Under the pieces are notes generated by a model. It saw only the letters and a program-made list of their open reading frames with translations, was not told the DNA's origin and did not search any database. Positions 39,628 through 48,284 of a stretch of DNA of 64,000 nt are shown here, piece after piece. Source of the stretch: an uncultured Algoriphagus sp. (lineage in GTDB: Bacteria > Bacteroidota > Bacteroidia > Cytophagales > Cyclobacteriaceae); assembly GCF_963974365.1 (NCBI RefSeq), contig NZ_CAXBBX010000009.1, positions 199,274-263,273 on the forward strand, written 5' to 3'. Positions within the stretch are counted from its first letter, which is position 1. Each line of letters starts with the position of its first letter. The position numbers and the translations under genes were made by a program.

Positions 39628-39945
39628 ATGATTTCTACAGTATTAGCGCAAGCTGCCGCAGGTGGCAGTGGAATTTTAGGACAGGTTTTTCTTTTCGGTT
39701 CTATTATTTTGATCATGTATTTCTTCATGATCAGACCACAGCAAAAAAAGCAAAAGGAAAGCAAAAAATTTATTGAAGAAATCAAAAAGGGCGACGAAGT
39801 AGTAACAATCGGCGGACTTCATGGTAAAGTAAGCTCAGTTGAAGGTGACACTGTTATCCTCGAACTTGACAGAGGCATGAAGGTCAAAGTTGAAAAATCT
39901 GCTATTTCTCTAGATTTCTCAAAGAAGACAGAAGTAAAAAAATAA
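39628..39945 (+). CDS. yajC: preprotein translocase subunit YajC
   Basis: MIRPQQKKQKE...IKKGDEVVTIGGLHGKV signature. Confidence 0.9.
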   Translation: MISTVLAQAAAGGSGILGQVFLFGSIILIMYFFMIRPQQKKQKESKKFIEEIKKGDEVVTIGGLHGKVSSVEGDTVILELDRGMKVKVEKSAISLDFSKKTEVKK

Positions 39946-39953
39946 CTTGAATT

Positions 39954-40919
39954 TTGCCGGAAACTAAAAAGTCCTCCCAAAGGATTTCTCCTAAAAAACT
40001 CTCTAATCTTAAAGTGGTAGTCCTGTGTATTGCAGCAGCTACCACTTTTTGGATTTTAAACGCCCTGAATAAGGACGACTACAATACTATTGTCGATTTC
40101 CCAGTTGAATTTGTTTACGACCAAAACCAGTTCGTTGCAGTTGCGGGGTTGCCAAAGACCTTGGAAATAGAAATCTCCGGCAATGGCTGGGACTTACTTA
40201 GAAAGTATTTCAACTTCAATAGTGATTCGTATCCTATCGAGCTCACCAATCCAGCCGCTAGAAATTACATTCTCACTGGAGACCTCAAGAGATCTTTGGG
40301 AGAATTCCTCTCTCCCACCCAGCTCGTATCCGTCCTGAAAGATTCTCTTAAATTCAATATCGATAAAATCAAAACAATTAAAGTCAAGCCTGTTCTGGAT
40401 TCTTCTAGCTTTTCTATGGCAAATAACTTCAGGATTGCAGATCAAATTACTTTTACTCCTGGGACTATTAACCTCACTGGCCCGACTTCTATTCTGGATA
40501 GCCTGGAAGAAAACTTCCCTGTCACTCTTGATGAGAATAGAATAAATAAGCCAATTAATAAAGAGATTACCCTGACTGTTCCCGAAGAATTGAGCAAACT
40601 CGTGCGCATCGAACAACCTAAGGTGACGGTGAAATTCGACGTAGTCGAATTTCTTGAAGGAAATAAACGATTAAAGATCAAGCGATTAAACTTTCCTAAA
40701 TCAGTAGCTCTAGCAGATGAGGATGTCATGATAATGATATCTTACCTGGTAGATGAGCGCAAATCAGCCGAATTGAAAGACTTGGAATTTGAAGCGGTAC
40801 TTGATTACTATAAACGAAACAAAGAAGACAGCACCATTACTGTTCAAGTGAGACCGATGCCTGATTTTCTAGAGCAGGTAGTTGCTCAGCCAGCCATTTT
40901 AAAACTTAAATATGAGTAA
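39954..40919 (+). CDS. YbbR-like domain protein
   Basis: N-terminal TM anchor and repeated beta-rich modules; conserved position between yajC and coaE. TTG start; no early ATG. Confidence 0.55.
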   Translation: MPETKKSSQRISPKKLSNLKVVVLCIAAATTFWILNALNKDDYNTIVDFPVEFVYDQNQFVAVAGLPKTLEIEISGNGWDLLRKYFNFNSDSYPIELTNPAARNYILTGDLKRSLGEFLSPTQLVSVLKDSLKFNIDKIKTIKVKPVLDSSSFSMANNFRIADQITFTPGTINLTGPTSILDSLEENFPVTLDENRINKPINKEITLTVPEELSKLVRIEQPKVTVKFDVVEFLEGNKRLKIKRLNFPKSVALADEDVMIMISYLVDERKSAELKDLEFEAVLDYYKRNKEDSTITVQVRPMPDFLEQVVAQPAILKLKYE

Positions 40920-41517
40920 AAACATTCCGCTTTTAGTAGGTATTACAGGTGGAATAGGATCAGGGAAATCCACTGTAGCAAAGATTTTTTCAATCCTCCA
41001 GATCCCCATTTATTCTGCTGATGATCGCGCCAAATGGCTTATGAGCAATGACAGTGACCTCAAAAATCAACTCACAGAAGCATTTGGGGCAGAATCTTAT
41101 AATTCTGAAGGAGAGCTAGACAGAGCCTATTTAGCTCATACTGTATTCTCAAACCCAGAGAAAGTCAAGCTTATCAATTCTCTCGTACATCCAGCCGTAG
41201 CAAAGGATTTTAAGGAGTGGGCTTCACAGCAAAGTACAGCTTATGTAGTAAAAGAAGCAGCATTGATCTATGAAACAGGAGGTGATAAAGCACTCGATTA
41301 TGTGATCAATGTAAGCTCTCCACTGAAAGTCAGAATCTCAAGAACTCTCATGAGAGATTCCCATCGCTCCGAAGAGCAAGTGAATCAGATCGTCAATCAG
41401 CAACTTCCAGATGAGCAGAAAAATGAATTGGCTGATTTTGTGATCAAGAATACAGACAATAAAATGCTTATTCCGCAGGTTTTAAAAATCCACCAACAAC
41501 TCATTTCTAAGAATTAG
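40912..41517 (+). CDS. coaE: dephospho-CoA kinase
   Basis: P-loop GITGGIGSGKST; 201 aa; 8-nt overlap with the upstream gene. Confidence 0.9.
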   Translation: MSKNIPLLVGITGGIGSGKSTVAKIFSILQIPIYSADDRAKWLMSNDSDLKNQLTEAFGAESYNSEGELDRAYLAHTVFSNPEKVKLINSLVHPAVAKDFKEWASQQSTAYVVKEAALIYETGGDKALDYVINVSSPLKVRISRTLMRDSHRSEEQVNQIVNQQLPDEQKNELADFVIKNTDNKMLIPQVLKIHQQLISKN

Positions 41518-41534
41518 TCTTTTACTTGTAGTAA

Positions 41535-41542
41535 TAGATTTG
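41535..41542 (+). promoter_or_regulatory. candidate -7 promoter box TAGATTTG
   Basis: Exact TAnnTTTG 52 nt upstream of the ATG at 41594. Confidence 0.3.
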
Positions 41543-41593
41543 GCTTAATTCTTATTTTTCTTCTTTCACTATCAAAACACTTTTCCAAACTGT

Positions 41594-42475
41594 ATGAAAG
41601 GATACAATCCAAAAGAATGGTTTCAGGTAATATTTTTAATCCAAAAATCTGACACCTTAGTTAAGCTCGGCCCATTTCTACTCCTCATTTTTGGATACTC
41701 TCTAGGGATTGCATGGCTAGAAATGGATTACCTCAACATCGGAAAAAATAGCTGGGTGCAGAACATTCCCATCATGCACAGCTTGTTGAGCTTTGTGATA
41801 TCCATGCTGCTGGTTTTTCGGACAAATACTGCTTACGACAGGTGGTGGGAAGGTCGAAAACTTTGGGGACAACTGGTAAACAATAGCCGAAACCTGGCCC
41901 TGAAGCTCGCCGGAATGCTTGAAAATTCTGATGAGGAATCAAGAAAGTTTTTCAGACGGACCATCCCAATTTATGCCTTTGCGCTGAAAGAGCATTTACA
42001 ATCCAAGGTCACCTTGTATATGCTTGACGACAAGGAAGATGAGGAAATTAAGCCAGAAATTGATCCAGAAAAACACGTCCCGAATCAAGTGGCCAAGTTA
42101 CTTTTCGCGAAGGTAAATGACCTGTACAAAGCGAAAAAAATCACTGGAGACCAATTAATCGTACTGAATCAAGAATTAATGTCCTTCACAGATATTTGCG
42201 GAGCCTGTGAACGAATAAAGAATACACCGATTCCATATTCATACAGTTCATTTATTAAGAAATTCATCTTGGCTTACGTAGTCACTTTGCCTCTTGGCTA
42301 TGTATTTTCTCTAGGGTATTATGCAGCTCCCATCGTGACGTTTATATTTTATGTATTAGCCAGTTTGGAATTGATAGCCGAAGAAATCGAAGAGCCTTTT
42401 GGCACCGATGCCAATGACCTACCTATGGGGAAATTATCTTCAAACATCCAAAAGCATGTAGAAGAACTGATCTAA
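41594..42475 (+). CDS. bestrophin-family (UPF0187/YneE-like) ion channel
   Basis: FRTNTAYDRWWEGRKLWG signature; 4 TM helices; 293 aa. Confidence 0.85.
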   Translation: MKGYNPKEWFQVIFLIQKSDTLVKLGPFLLLIFGYSLGIAWLEMDYLNIGKNSWVQNIPIMHSLLSFVISMLLVFRTNTAYDRWWEGRKLWGQLVNNSRNLALKLAGMLENSDEESRKFFRRTIPIYAFALKEHLQSKVTLYMLDDKEDEEIKPEIDPEKHVPNQVAKLLFAKVNDLYKAKKITGDQLIVLNQELMSFTDICGACERIKNTPIPYSYSSFIKKFILAYVVTLPLGYVFSLGYYAAPIVTFIFYVLASLELIAEEIEEPFGTDANDLPMGKLSSNIQKHVEELI

Positions 42476-42486
42476 ATCAGATTCTT

Positions 42487-42494
42487 TAACTTTG
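42487..42494 (+). promoter_or_regulatory. candidate -7 promoter box TAACTTTG
   Basis: Exact TAnnTTTG 12 nt after the bestrophin stop and 30 nt upstream of the ATG at 42525. It overlaps the TTG used by the ORF track. Confidence 0.35.
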
Positions 42495-42524
42495 GACAAT
42501 CAAGGCTTGCATTATAAGTATCAA

Positions 42525-43319
42525 ATGGATCAAAAATTAAGTTTACGCCACGTAAATGTGACCAGATATATTCTCCCCCTACGAGAAGGAGGATCACTGC
42601 CTGCACTTGCGGATGCGGATGATGGGTTTAAATATGTACTCAAATTCCGAGGAGCTGGTCAGCGAGAAAAAGCACTCATCGCCGAACTACTGGGCGGGGA
42701 AATTGCCAGAGCTTTAGGTTTGAAAGTCCCTGAGTTGGTGTTTGCCAACCTTGATCCTGCTTTCGGTCGATCTGAAGGCGATGAAGAAATTCAAGACCTG
42801 CTCAAAGGTAGCCAAGGCCTTAATCTAGCCCTACATTTCTTATCTGGAGCGATCAACTACGATCCCGTGGCCATGAACACAGATCCTCTGCTAGCATCGC
42901 AAATAGTCTGGCTGGACATGTTCATCACGAATGTGGATCGAACTTTTAGAAACACAAACATGCTAATTTGGAATCGAGAGCTTTGGTTAATCGATCATGG
43001 GGCTTCTTTCTTATTTCAACATGCATGGGTGAATTGGAAGAAAAATGCGGAAAGCCCTTTTCCTATAATAAAAAATCATGTGTTGCTTCCAGCGGCTTCA
43101 GAACTAGAAACTGTAAATGCAACTTTTAAAAAGGTTTTGACCTCAGAGAAAATCAGCGCAATTGTAAATACGATTCCAGAAGAATGGCTACTAGCGGGTG
43201 GCGATTCTGAACATGCAGATGAAGTGAGAAAAGTTTACCAAGACTTTCTAAATCTTCGCCTTTCCTATTCTGATCAATTCATAAAAGAAGCTCAAGATGC
43301 AAGAACAGCACTTATATGA
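42525..43319 (+). CDS. HipA-like / PI3-4-kinase-fold protein kinase (stand-alone catalytic domain)
   Basis: Gly-rich KFRGAGQREK; catalytic-loop-like NVDRTFRNTNMLI (compare DRHxxN); metal-binding-like LIDHGASF (compare DFG); about 264 aa from the ATG. Confidence 0.55.
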   Translation: MDQKLSLRHVNVTRYILPLREGGSLPALADADDGFKYVLKFRGAGQREKALIAELLGGEIARALGLKVPELVFANLDPAFGRSEGDEEIQDLLKGSQGLNLALHFLSGAINYDPVAMNTDPLLASQIVWLDMFITNVDRTFRNTNMLIWNRELWLIDHGASFLFQHAWVNWKKNAESPFPIIKNHVLLPAASELETVNATFKKVLTSEKISAIVNTIPEEWLLAGGDSEHADEVRKVYQDFLNLRLSYSDQFIKEAQDARTALI

Positions 43320-43680
43320 ATACGCGATCATCCGTGTAGTGCCGCGGGTGGAAAGGGAGGAATTCATCAATGTTGGTGTAGTGATCTGCCATTGGAAAAG
43401 AAATTTCCTTGCCTGTAAGATACATTTGAACACTCAAAAATTATTGATGCTGGATCCTCATGCTGATGTTGAAATGATTGCACTTAATTTGGCCTCTTTT
43501 GAAAAAATATGCACTGGTTCAGAAGCAGGCGGTAATATTGCATCCATGGATTTAGCCTCTAGGTTTAGATGGCTAACTGCTGTAAGAAGCTCCATTATCC
43601 AAACTTCACGTCCACATTCTGGTACTGCCGAGGACTTGGAGAAAACTTTGGAATGCCTTTTTGAGGAAAATGTAACTTAA
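43297..43680 (+). CDS. DUF3037-like protein
   Basis: The N-terminal YEYAIIRVVPRVEREEFINVGVV matches the DUF3037 signature as I remember it. Overlaps the kinase gene by 23 nt in another frame. Confidence 0.65.
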   Translation: MQEQHLYEYAIIRVVPRVEREEFINVGVVICHWKRNFLACKIHLNTQKLLMLDPHADVEMIALNLASFEKICTGSEAGGNIASMDLASRFRWLTAVRSSIIQTSRPHSGTAEDLEKTLECLFEENVT

Positions 43681-43800
43681 GTTAGATTTTTTGCTATACA
43701 GGAATTTATTAAACCAATCTCTCATTATTCTGGCTATAAGTACCCGATTTTCCATGCTAAAACAAGTTGGGGTAAATGCTCGAAAACTAATAAAATCATT

Positions 43801-43808
43801 TATTTTTG
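43801..43808 (+). promoter_or_regulatory. candidate -7 promoter box TATTTTTG
   Basis: Exact TAnnTTTG 26 nt upstream of the ATG at 43834. Confidence 0.3.
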
Positions 43809-43833
43809 ACGCAAACTCTAACAAATACCCCAT

Positions 43834-45048
43834 ATGAAAAAAGGACTTTTTCTAATTCTATTCTTTACGATTTACTTCAAGTCATTTTCTCAAATTGTAT
43901 ATGAGGAAGGATATCTAATCAACAATTCAAATGAAAAAATTGAATGTTTGATAAAAAACAACGATTGGAAAAGAAACCCTTCCTCCTTTGAATATAAGCT
44001 AACTACTGAGGGTGCTGTACAAACTGGAGACATCCAATCTGTACAAGAATTTAAAACAATAAATTCACCCAAATTCATACGAGCCGCTGTGCAGGTAGAT
44101 GAGTCTAGCCTAAGCAATCTAGACGAAGATCCTTCTCCTAAATTTGTAGCAAAACAAATTTTTCTAAAGACAATCTTAGAAGGAAAAGCATCTCTTTACT
44201 CTTTTGAAGACAAAAGTATGAAAAGGTATTTTTATGCTATCGATGACTCTGAAATTGAGCAACTAGTCTATAAAAAATATAAAAACGGAAATGCAATCAG
44301 TGAAAACGCGCAATTCAGAAATCAATTAATCAATACCCTAGTTTGTCCATCCTTTACTTTTCAAGAGTTCCAAAACATAGGTTATACTCAAAAGGAGTTA
44401 GAATCCATTTTCATTAAATACAGTGAATGCACAAACAGCACATTCACAACCAACGAAAAATCAGAAAAGTCAAATTCCTTCCATTTGACTATCAGACCAG
44501 GAATCAGTTCCCAAAATTTAGAAATTGAAAATCCCGAAAATGCTATAGAAAAGGTTGATTTTGACAACATACTAGGTTTCAGGATTGGAATAGAGGCAGA
44601 ATTCATTTTGCCTTTCAACCAAAATAAATGGGGAATTCTAGTTGAGCCAACTTTTCAAAGCTATAATGCAGATAAATCTGCGCGAACCGGAGCTGCCACA
44701 GAGGACAACTATCTTGTCTCGGTCAAATACAAATCAATTGAGTTGCCAATAGGATTCAGATATTACATGTTTTTGAATAACAACTCCAAATTATTCTTTA
44801 ACCTTTCCTACATCACTGATTTATCATTAGCTTCTAAGATTGAATTTACGAGAACGGATGGCGCCCAAATTCCAGCATTAGAAATAAAATCAGGAGGAAA
44901 CTTTGGAATAGGCGCTGGATATCGATATAAGAATAAGTTGACAGTAGAGTTAAGACATCATAGCAATCGAGAGATCCTAGGAGGGTATCATAATTGGACT
45001 TCCAATTACCGAACTACTCATCTTATTTTAGGATATACACTTTTTTAA
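43834..45048 (+). CDS. hypothetical outer-membrane protein (N-terminal soluble domain plus C-terminal beta-barrel)
   Basis: Signal peptide MKKGLFLILFFTIYFKSFSQ; C-terminal half has alternating beta-strand patterns and ends in LILGYTLF; the gene is AT-rich. Confidence 0.5.
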   Translation: MKKGLFLILFFTIYFKSFSQIVYEEGYLINNSNEKIECLIKNNDWKRNPSSFEYKLTTEGAVQTGDIQSVQEFKTINSPKFIRAAVQVDESSLSNLDEDPSPKFVAKQIFLKTILEGKASLYSFEDKSMKRYFYAIDDSEIEQLVYKKYKNGNAISENAQFRNQLINTLVCPSFTFQEFQNIGYTQKELESIFIKYSECTNSTFTTNEKSEKSNSFHLTIRPGISSQNLEIENPENAIEKVDFDNILGFRIGIEAEFILPFNQNKWGILVEPTFQSYNADKSARTGAATEDNYLVSVKYKSIELPIGFRYYMFLNNNSKLFFNLSYITDLSLASKIEFTRTDGAQIPALEIKSGGNFGIGAGYRYKNKLTVELRHHSNREILGGYHNWTSNYRTTHLILGYTLF

Positions 45049-45077
45049 AAAACACTCGTCAAAACTATTCCTAAAAG

Positions 45078-45115
45078 AAAAGGGAACCGCTTTATCATCA
45101 GAGATTCCCTTTTTA
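45078..45115. terminator. possible bidirectional terminator (OMP gene / serS)
   Basis: Stem AAAAGGGAA/TTCCCTTTT with a long 18-nt loop, between convergent genes. Confidence 0.45.
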
Positions 45116-45151
45116 AAATCTATCTCTAGAATAGTAAATATCTCCTTATCA

Positions 45152-46423
45152 TCAAATCCTATCAAATCCTAAATAAGGCTGAAGCACCTTTGGCATCATG
45201 ATACCTTCTGGAGTTTGATTGTTTTCCAAGATGGAAGCTACTATTCTAGGCAATGCCAATGCACTACCATTCAGTGAATGAGCTAATTGAGTTTTTTTAT
45301 CATCCCCACGGAATCGCAATTTCAGGCGATTCGACTGATAGGTTTCGAAGTTAGAAACAGAACTAACTTCCAACCATCTTTCCTGTGCTGCAGAGAATAC
45401 TTCCATATCATAAGTCAGCGCAGACGTAAAGCCCATATCACCTCCACAAAGTCTCAAAACACGATAAGGCAATTCCAGCTTTTGCAAAAGTCCCTGCACA
45501 TAAGCGCTCATGCTTTCTAGTGTCTCATAGGATTTATCAGGATGGGTAATCTGCACGATCTCCACTTTGTCAAATTGGTGAAGTCTATTCAATCCTCTCA
45601 CATGAGCTCCCCAGCTTCCTGCTTCTCTACGGAAACATGGAGAATGCCCCACGTTTTTGATAGGCAGATCACTTTCAGAAAGAATCACATCGCGGTAAAT
45701 GTTGGTGATTGGAACCTCACCAGTTGGAATCAAATACAAGTTATCAGCGCCTGCATAATACATTTGCCCCTCCTTATCTGGAAGTTGACCAGTTCCATAG
45801 CCTGAGTCTTCATTTACCAAGATTGGCGGTTGGATCTCATAATAACCTTGCGCGAGTGCTTCATCCAGGAAGAAATTAATCAACGCTCGCTGCAGCCTCG
45901 CCCCTTTTCCTTTATATACTGGAAATCCAGCACCAGAAATTTTATTGCCTAGATCAAAATCGATGATATCGTATTTTTTGATCAAGTCCCAGTGAGGAAG
46001 CTTGCCTTCATACAGCGTAGGAATAGCGCCATTCTCCAAGACTACTTCATTGTCCTCAGCAGATTTCCCTGCAGGAACAGAAAAATGTGGGATATTAGGA
46101 ATGGTATAAAGTAAGGCGATTAAATCAGCTTCTGCTTTTGAGTTTTGTTCTTCAAGATCCTTCACTTGAATTTTCAGCTCAGCCGTTTTCTCTTTGATCT
46201 TGACTGCTTCTTCGGCTCTTCCCTCACGCATAAGCGTTCCGATTTCTTTTGAAATAGCATTTGATTCACTTTGAATCTGATCACGCTCCGACTGAGTGGC
46301 TTTTCTCAATTCATCAAGAGCAACTGCCTGATTTAAGACAGCCTCTGCATTTGGGAAATTTCTCTTTTGAAGTCCGGCAAGTACACCGGCAAAGTTTTCA
46401 CGAATCTGATTAACTAAAAGCAT
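45152..46423 (-). CDS. serS: serine--tRNA ligase
   Basis: 423 aa; N-terminal coiled-coil arm; class II motifs FRREAGS and GSALALPR. Confidence 0.95.
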   Translation of the reverse strand: MLLVNQIRENFAGVLAGLQKRNFPNAEAVLNQAVALDELRKATQSERDQIQSESNAISKEIGTLMREGRAEEAVKIKEKTAELKIQVKDLEEQNSKAEADLIALLYTIPNIPHFSVPAGKSAEDNEVVLENGAIPTLYEGKLPHWDLIKKYDIIDFDLGNKISGAGFPVYKGKGARLQRALINFFLDEALAQGYYEIQPPILVNEDSGYGTGQLPDKEGQMYYAGADNLYLIPTGEVPITNIYRDVILSESDLPIKNVGHSPCFRREAGSWGAHVRGLNRLHQFDKVEIVQITHPDKSYETLESMSAYVQGLLQKLELPYRVLRLCGGDMGFTSALTYDMEVFSAAQERWLEVSSVSNFETYQSNRLKLRFRGDDKKTQLAHSLNGSALALPRIVASILENNQTPEGIMMPKVLQPYLGFDRI

Positions 46424-46448
46424 TTTAACTTGGTTGAAATTGAAGCCT

Positions 46449-46456
46449 CAAAGATA
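46449..46456 (-). promoter_or_regulatory. candidate -7 promoter box TATCTTTG (minus strand)
   Basis: The reverse complement of CAAAGATA is an exact TAnnTTTG, about 25 nt upstream of the serS ATG. Confidence 0.3.
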
Positions 46457-46462
46457 ACCATG

Positions 46463-47230
46463 TTAGCGAACAATGATGTCTTTACTCACACTTGAAAATG
46501 GTCCGTCAAGCTCTTTTCCATCAGAGCGGAGTAATTTCACTTTCACTTGGTAGTCACCTGGAGGTAGATTTTCGATTCTGACAGGAGCCATGTGGTCAAT
46601 TTCATAAGCCAAATCATTTACTTCAATTGCAACTTTCAATCCGTCCAACTTCATATCACCTCCTACAACCAAAAAATCAATAATTACTTCTTTTCCAGGC
46701 TCATACTCCTGTTCTGAGCGAGGAAAATTCAAAGCTAAATAAGGCTCAGCAGAATACGGGAAAGGTCTGGAATTCCCAACTTGGAAATCCCTGTCCACGT
46801 AATTCCCAAAATTCTTCAATGCTAAACCTTCTTCATCTACCAAATAAGCCACCACTCTATAGCTTCCTTCTTTTAAGTCGCGCTGGAAGATTGGAGAATA
46901 AAAACCAGCAGGATCTCCTCCATTTAAGATATTGAAAAGCTTAAAGTCCTTAGTTTCATTTAAATCAAAGGGGAAGTTTTTGACATTAAATTCGAATGGC
47001 ACTTTTCCGGGCTTAAAAATCTGATTTCCTAAAGGGGTGTATAATTCAAGAATAGCGTCGGGAAATGCTGCTTGATCCTCATATTGGAAAAATTTCACCT
47101 GTGGAGCGGAAGGCTCCAATGGATCTTGGCCTGTTGGAAGATCTACTATTTCCTCATTAACTCTTTCTTTCTCAGAAGAACAAGCCGAGAAAACACAAAT
47201 CAAAAGGAGTAAAGTCAGTATTTTATTCAT
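46463..47230 (-). CDS. hypothetical lipoprotein (255 aa)
   Basis: Lipobox LLICVFSAC; beta-rich sequence; no motif recognised. Confidence 0.55.
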   Translation of the reverse strand: MNKILTLLLLICVFSACSSEKERVNEEIVDLPTGQDPLEPSAPQVKFFQYEDQAAFPDAILELYTPLGNQIFKPGKVPFEFNVKNFPFDLNETKDFKLFNILNGGDPAGFYSPIFQRDLKEGSYRVVAYLVDEEGLALKNFGNYVDRDFQVGNSRPFPYSAEPYLALNFPRSEQEYEPGKEVIIDFLVVGGDMKLDGLKVAIEVNDLAYEIDHMAPVRIENLPPGDYQVKVKLLRSDGKELDGPFSSVSKDIIVR

Positions 47231-47304
47231 ACAGCATGTAAATTGAGATTAAAGATATTTATTTTTAAAGATAAATTAGACCTAGAACTATAATACATCC
47301 ACAC

Positions 47305-48282
47305 ATGGAAATCCTATTTGATGAGATCCCAAGCTTAGATTTAGCTGATTTTACAGCTGGCACTCCTGCCCAAAAGGCAGCATTTGTACAGAAGCTCGGA
47401 GAAGCTTACCAAAACATTGGCTTCGTAGCTATCAAAAACCATGGCTTATCGCAAGATCTCCAAGATAGACTCTACGGATCTATAATGGACTTCTTCAAAC
47501 TTCCAGATGCGGTCAAGTCCAACTACGAGAAACCAGAAATCGGTTTTCAACGCGGCTATACTGGAAAGGGAAAAGAACATGCCAAAGGCAGAAATACAGG
47601 AGATTTAAAGGAATTTTATCATGTAGGGCAAGAGCTCAGCCGAATTCCAGATTCTGATCCAATCAAATCTGAATACCCTGCTAACATATGGCCTACCGAG
47701 CTTCCTGAATTTCAAAATGACGCCAATGAGGCCTTTCGCACGCTAGAAAGTGCTGGCAAGGCCATGCTACAAGCGATTGCTCTTTCATTGGATTTGGATG
47801 AAAATTACTTCGAGGATAAAGTCGCTTACGGAAATTCTATATTAAGACAAATCCATTATTTCCCCATCGAAAACCCTGATGAAGTGCCTGCGGATGCTGT
47901 GCGAGCGGCCGAACACGGCGATATCAACCTGATCACCTTGCTAATGGGAGCAAGTGCAGATGGACTTCAAGTACTTAGAAAAGACGGAAAGTGGATCCCA
48001 ATCACTGCCCTTCCAGACCAATTGGTTGTGAATGTGGGGGATATGCTGGAGCGGTTGACTAATAAAAAATTGAAATCTACCATACACCGAGTAGTAAATC
48101 CTCCGCGAGAAAAGATGAACACGAGCAGATACTCTATTCCATTCTTTATGCATCCTCGGTCAGAAATGGATCTTACCTGCCTAGAAAGCTGTGTCGATGC
48201 CGTCCATCCTAAACAATTTGAAGATTCTACAGCTGGCGAATTCTTAGAAGAGCGTCTTCGCGAACTTGGGCTAAGAAAGTAA
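47305..48282 (+). CDS. 2-oxoglutarate/Fe(II)-dependent oxygenase (isopenicillin-N-synthase family)
   Basis: HxD in EHGDINLITLL; distal His in STIHRV; 325 aa. Confidence 0.8.
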   Translation: MEILFDEIPSLDLADFTAGTPAQKAAFVQKLGEAYQNIGFVAIKNHGLSQDLQDRLYGSIMDFFKLPDAVKSNYEKPEIGFQRGYTGKGKEHAKGRNTGDLKEFYHVGQELSRIPDSDPIKSEYPANIWPTELPEFQNDANEAFRTLESAGKAMLQAIALSLDLDENYFEDKVAYGNSILRQIHYFPIENPDEVPADAVRAAEHGDINLITLLMGASADGLQVLRKDGKWIPITALPDQLVVNVGDMLERLTNKKLKSTIHRVVNPPREKMNTSRYSIPFFMHPRSEMDLTCLESCVDAVHPKQFEDSTAGEFLEERLRELGLRK

Positions 48283-48284
48283 GG

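Noticed and set aside
43673-43692. TAAC-TTAA-GTTA mini-hairpin plus a T-run after the DUF3037 gene as a terminator.
   Set aside because: A 4-bp AT-rich stem is too weak to call. I noted it only because no better terminator is visible for the kinase/DUF3037 unit.
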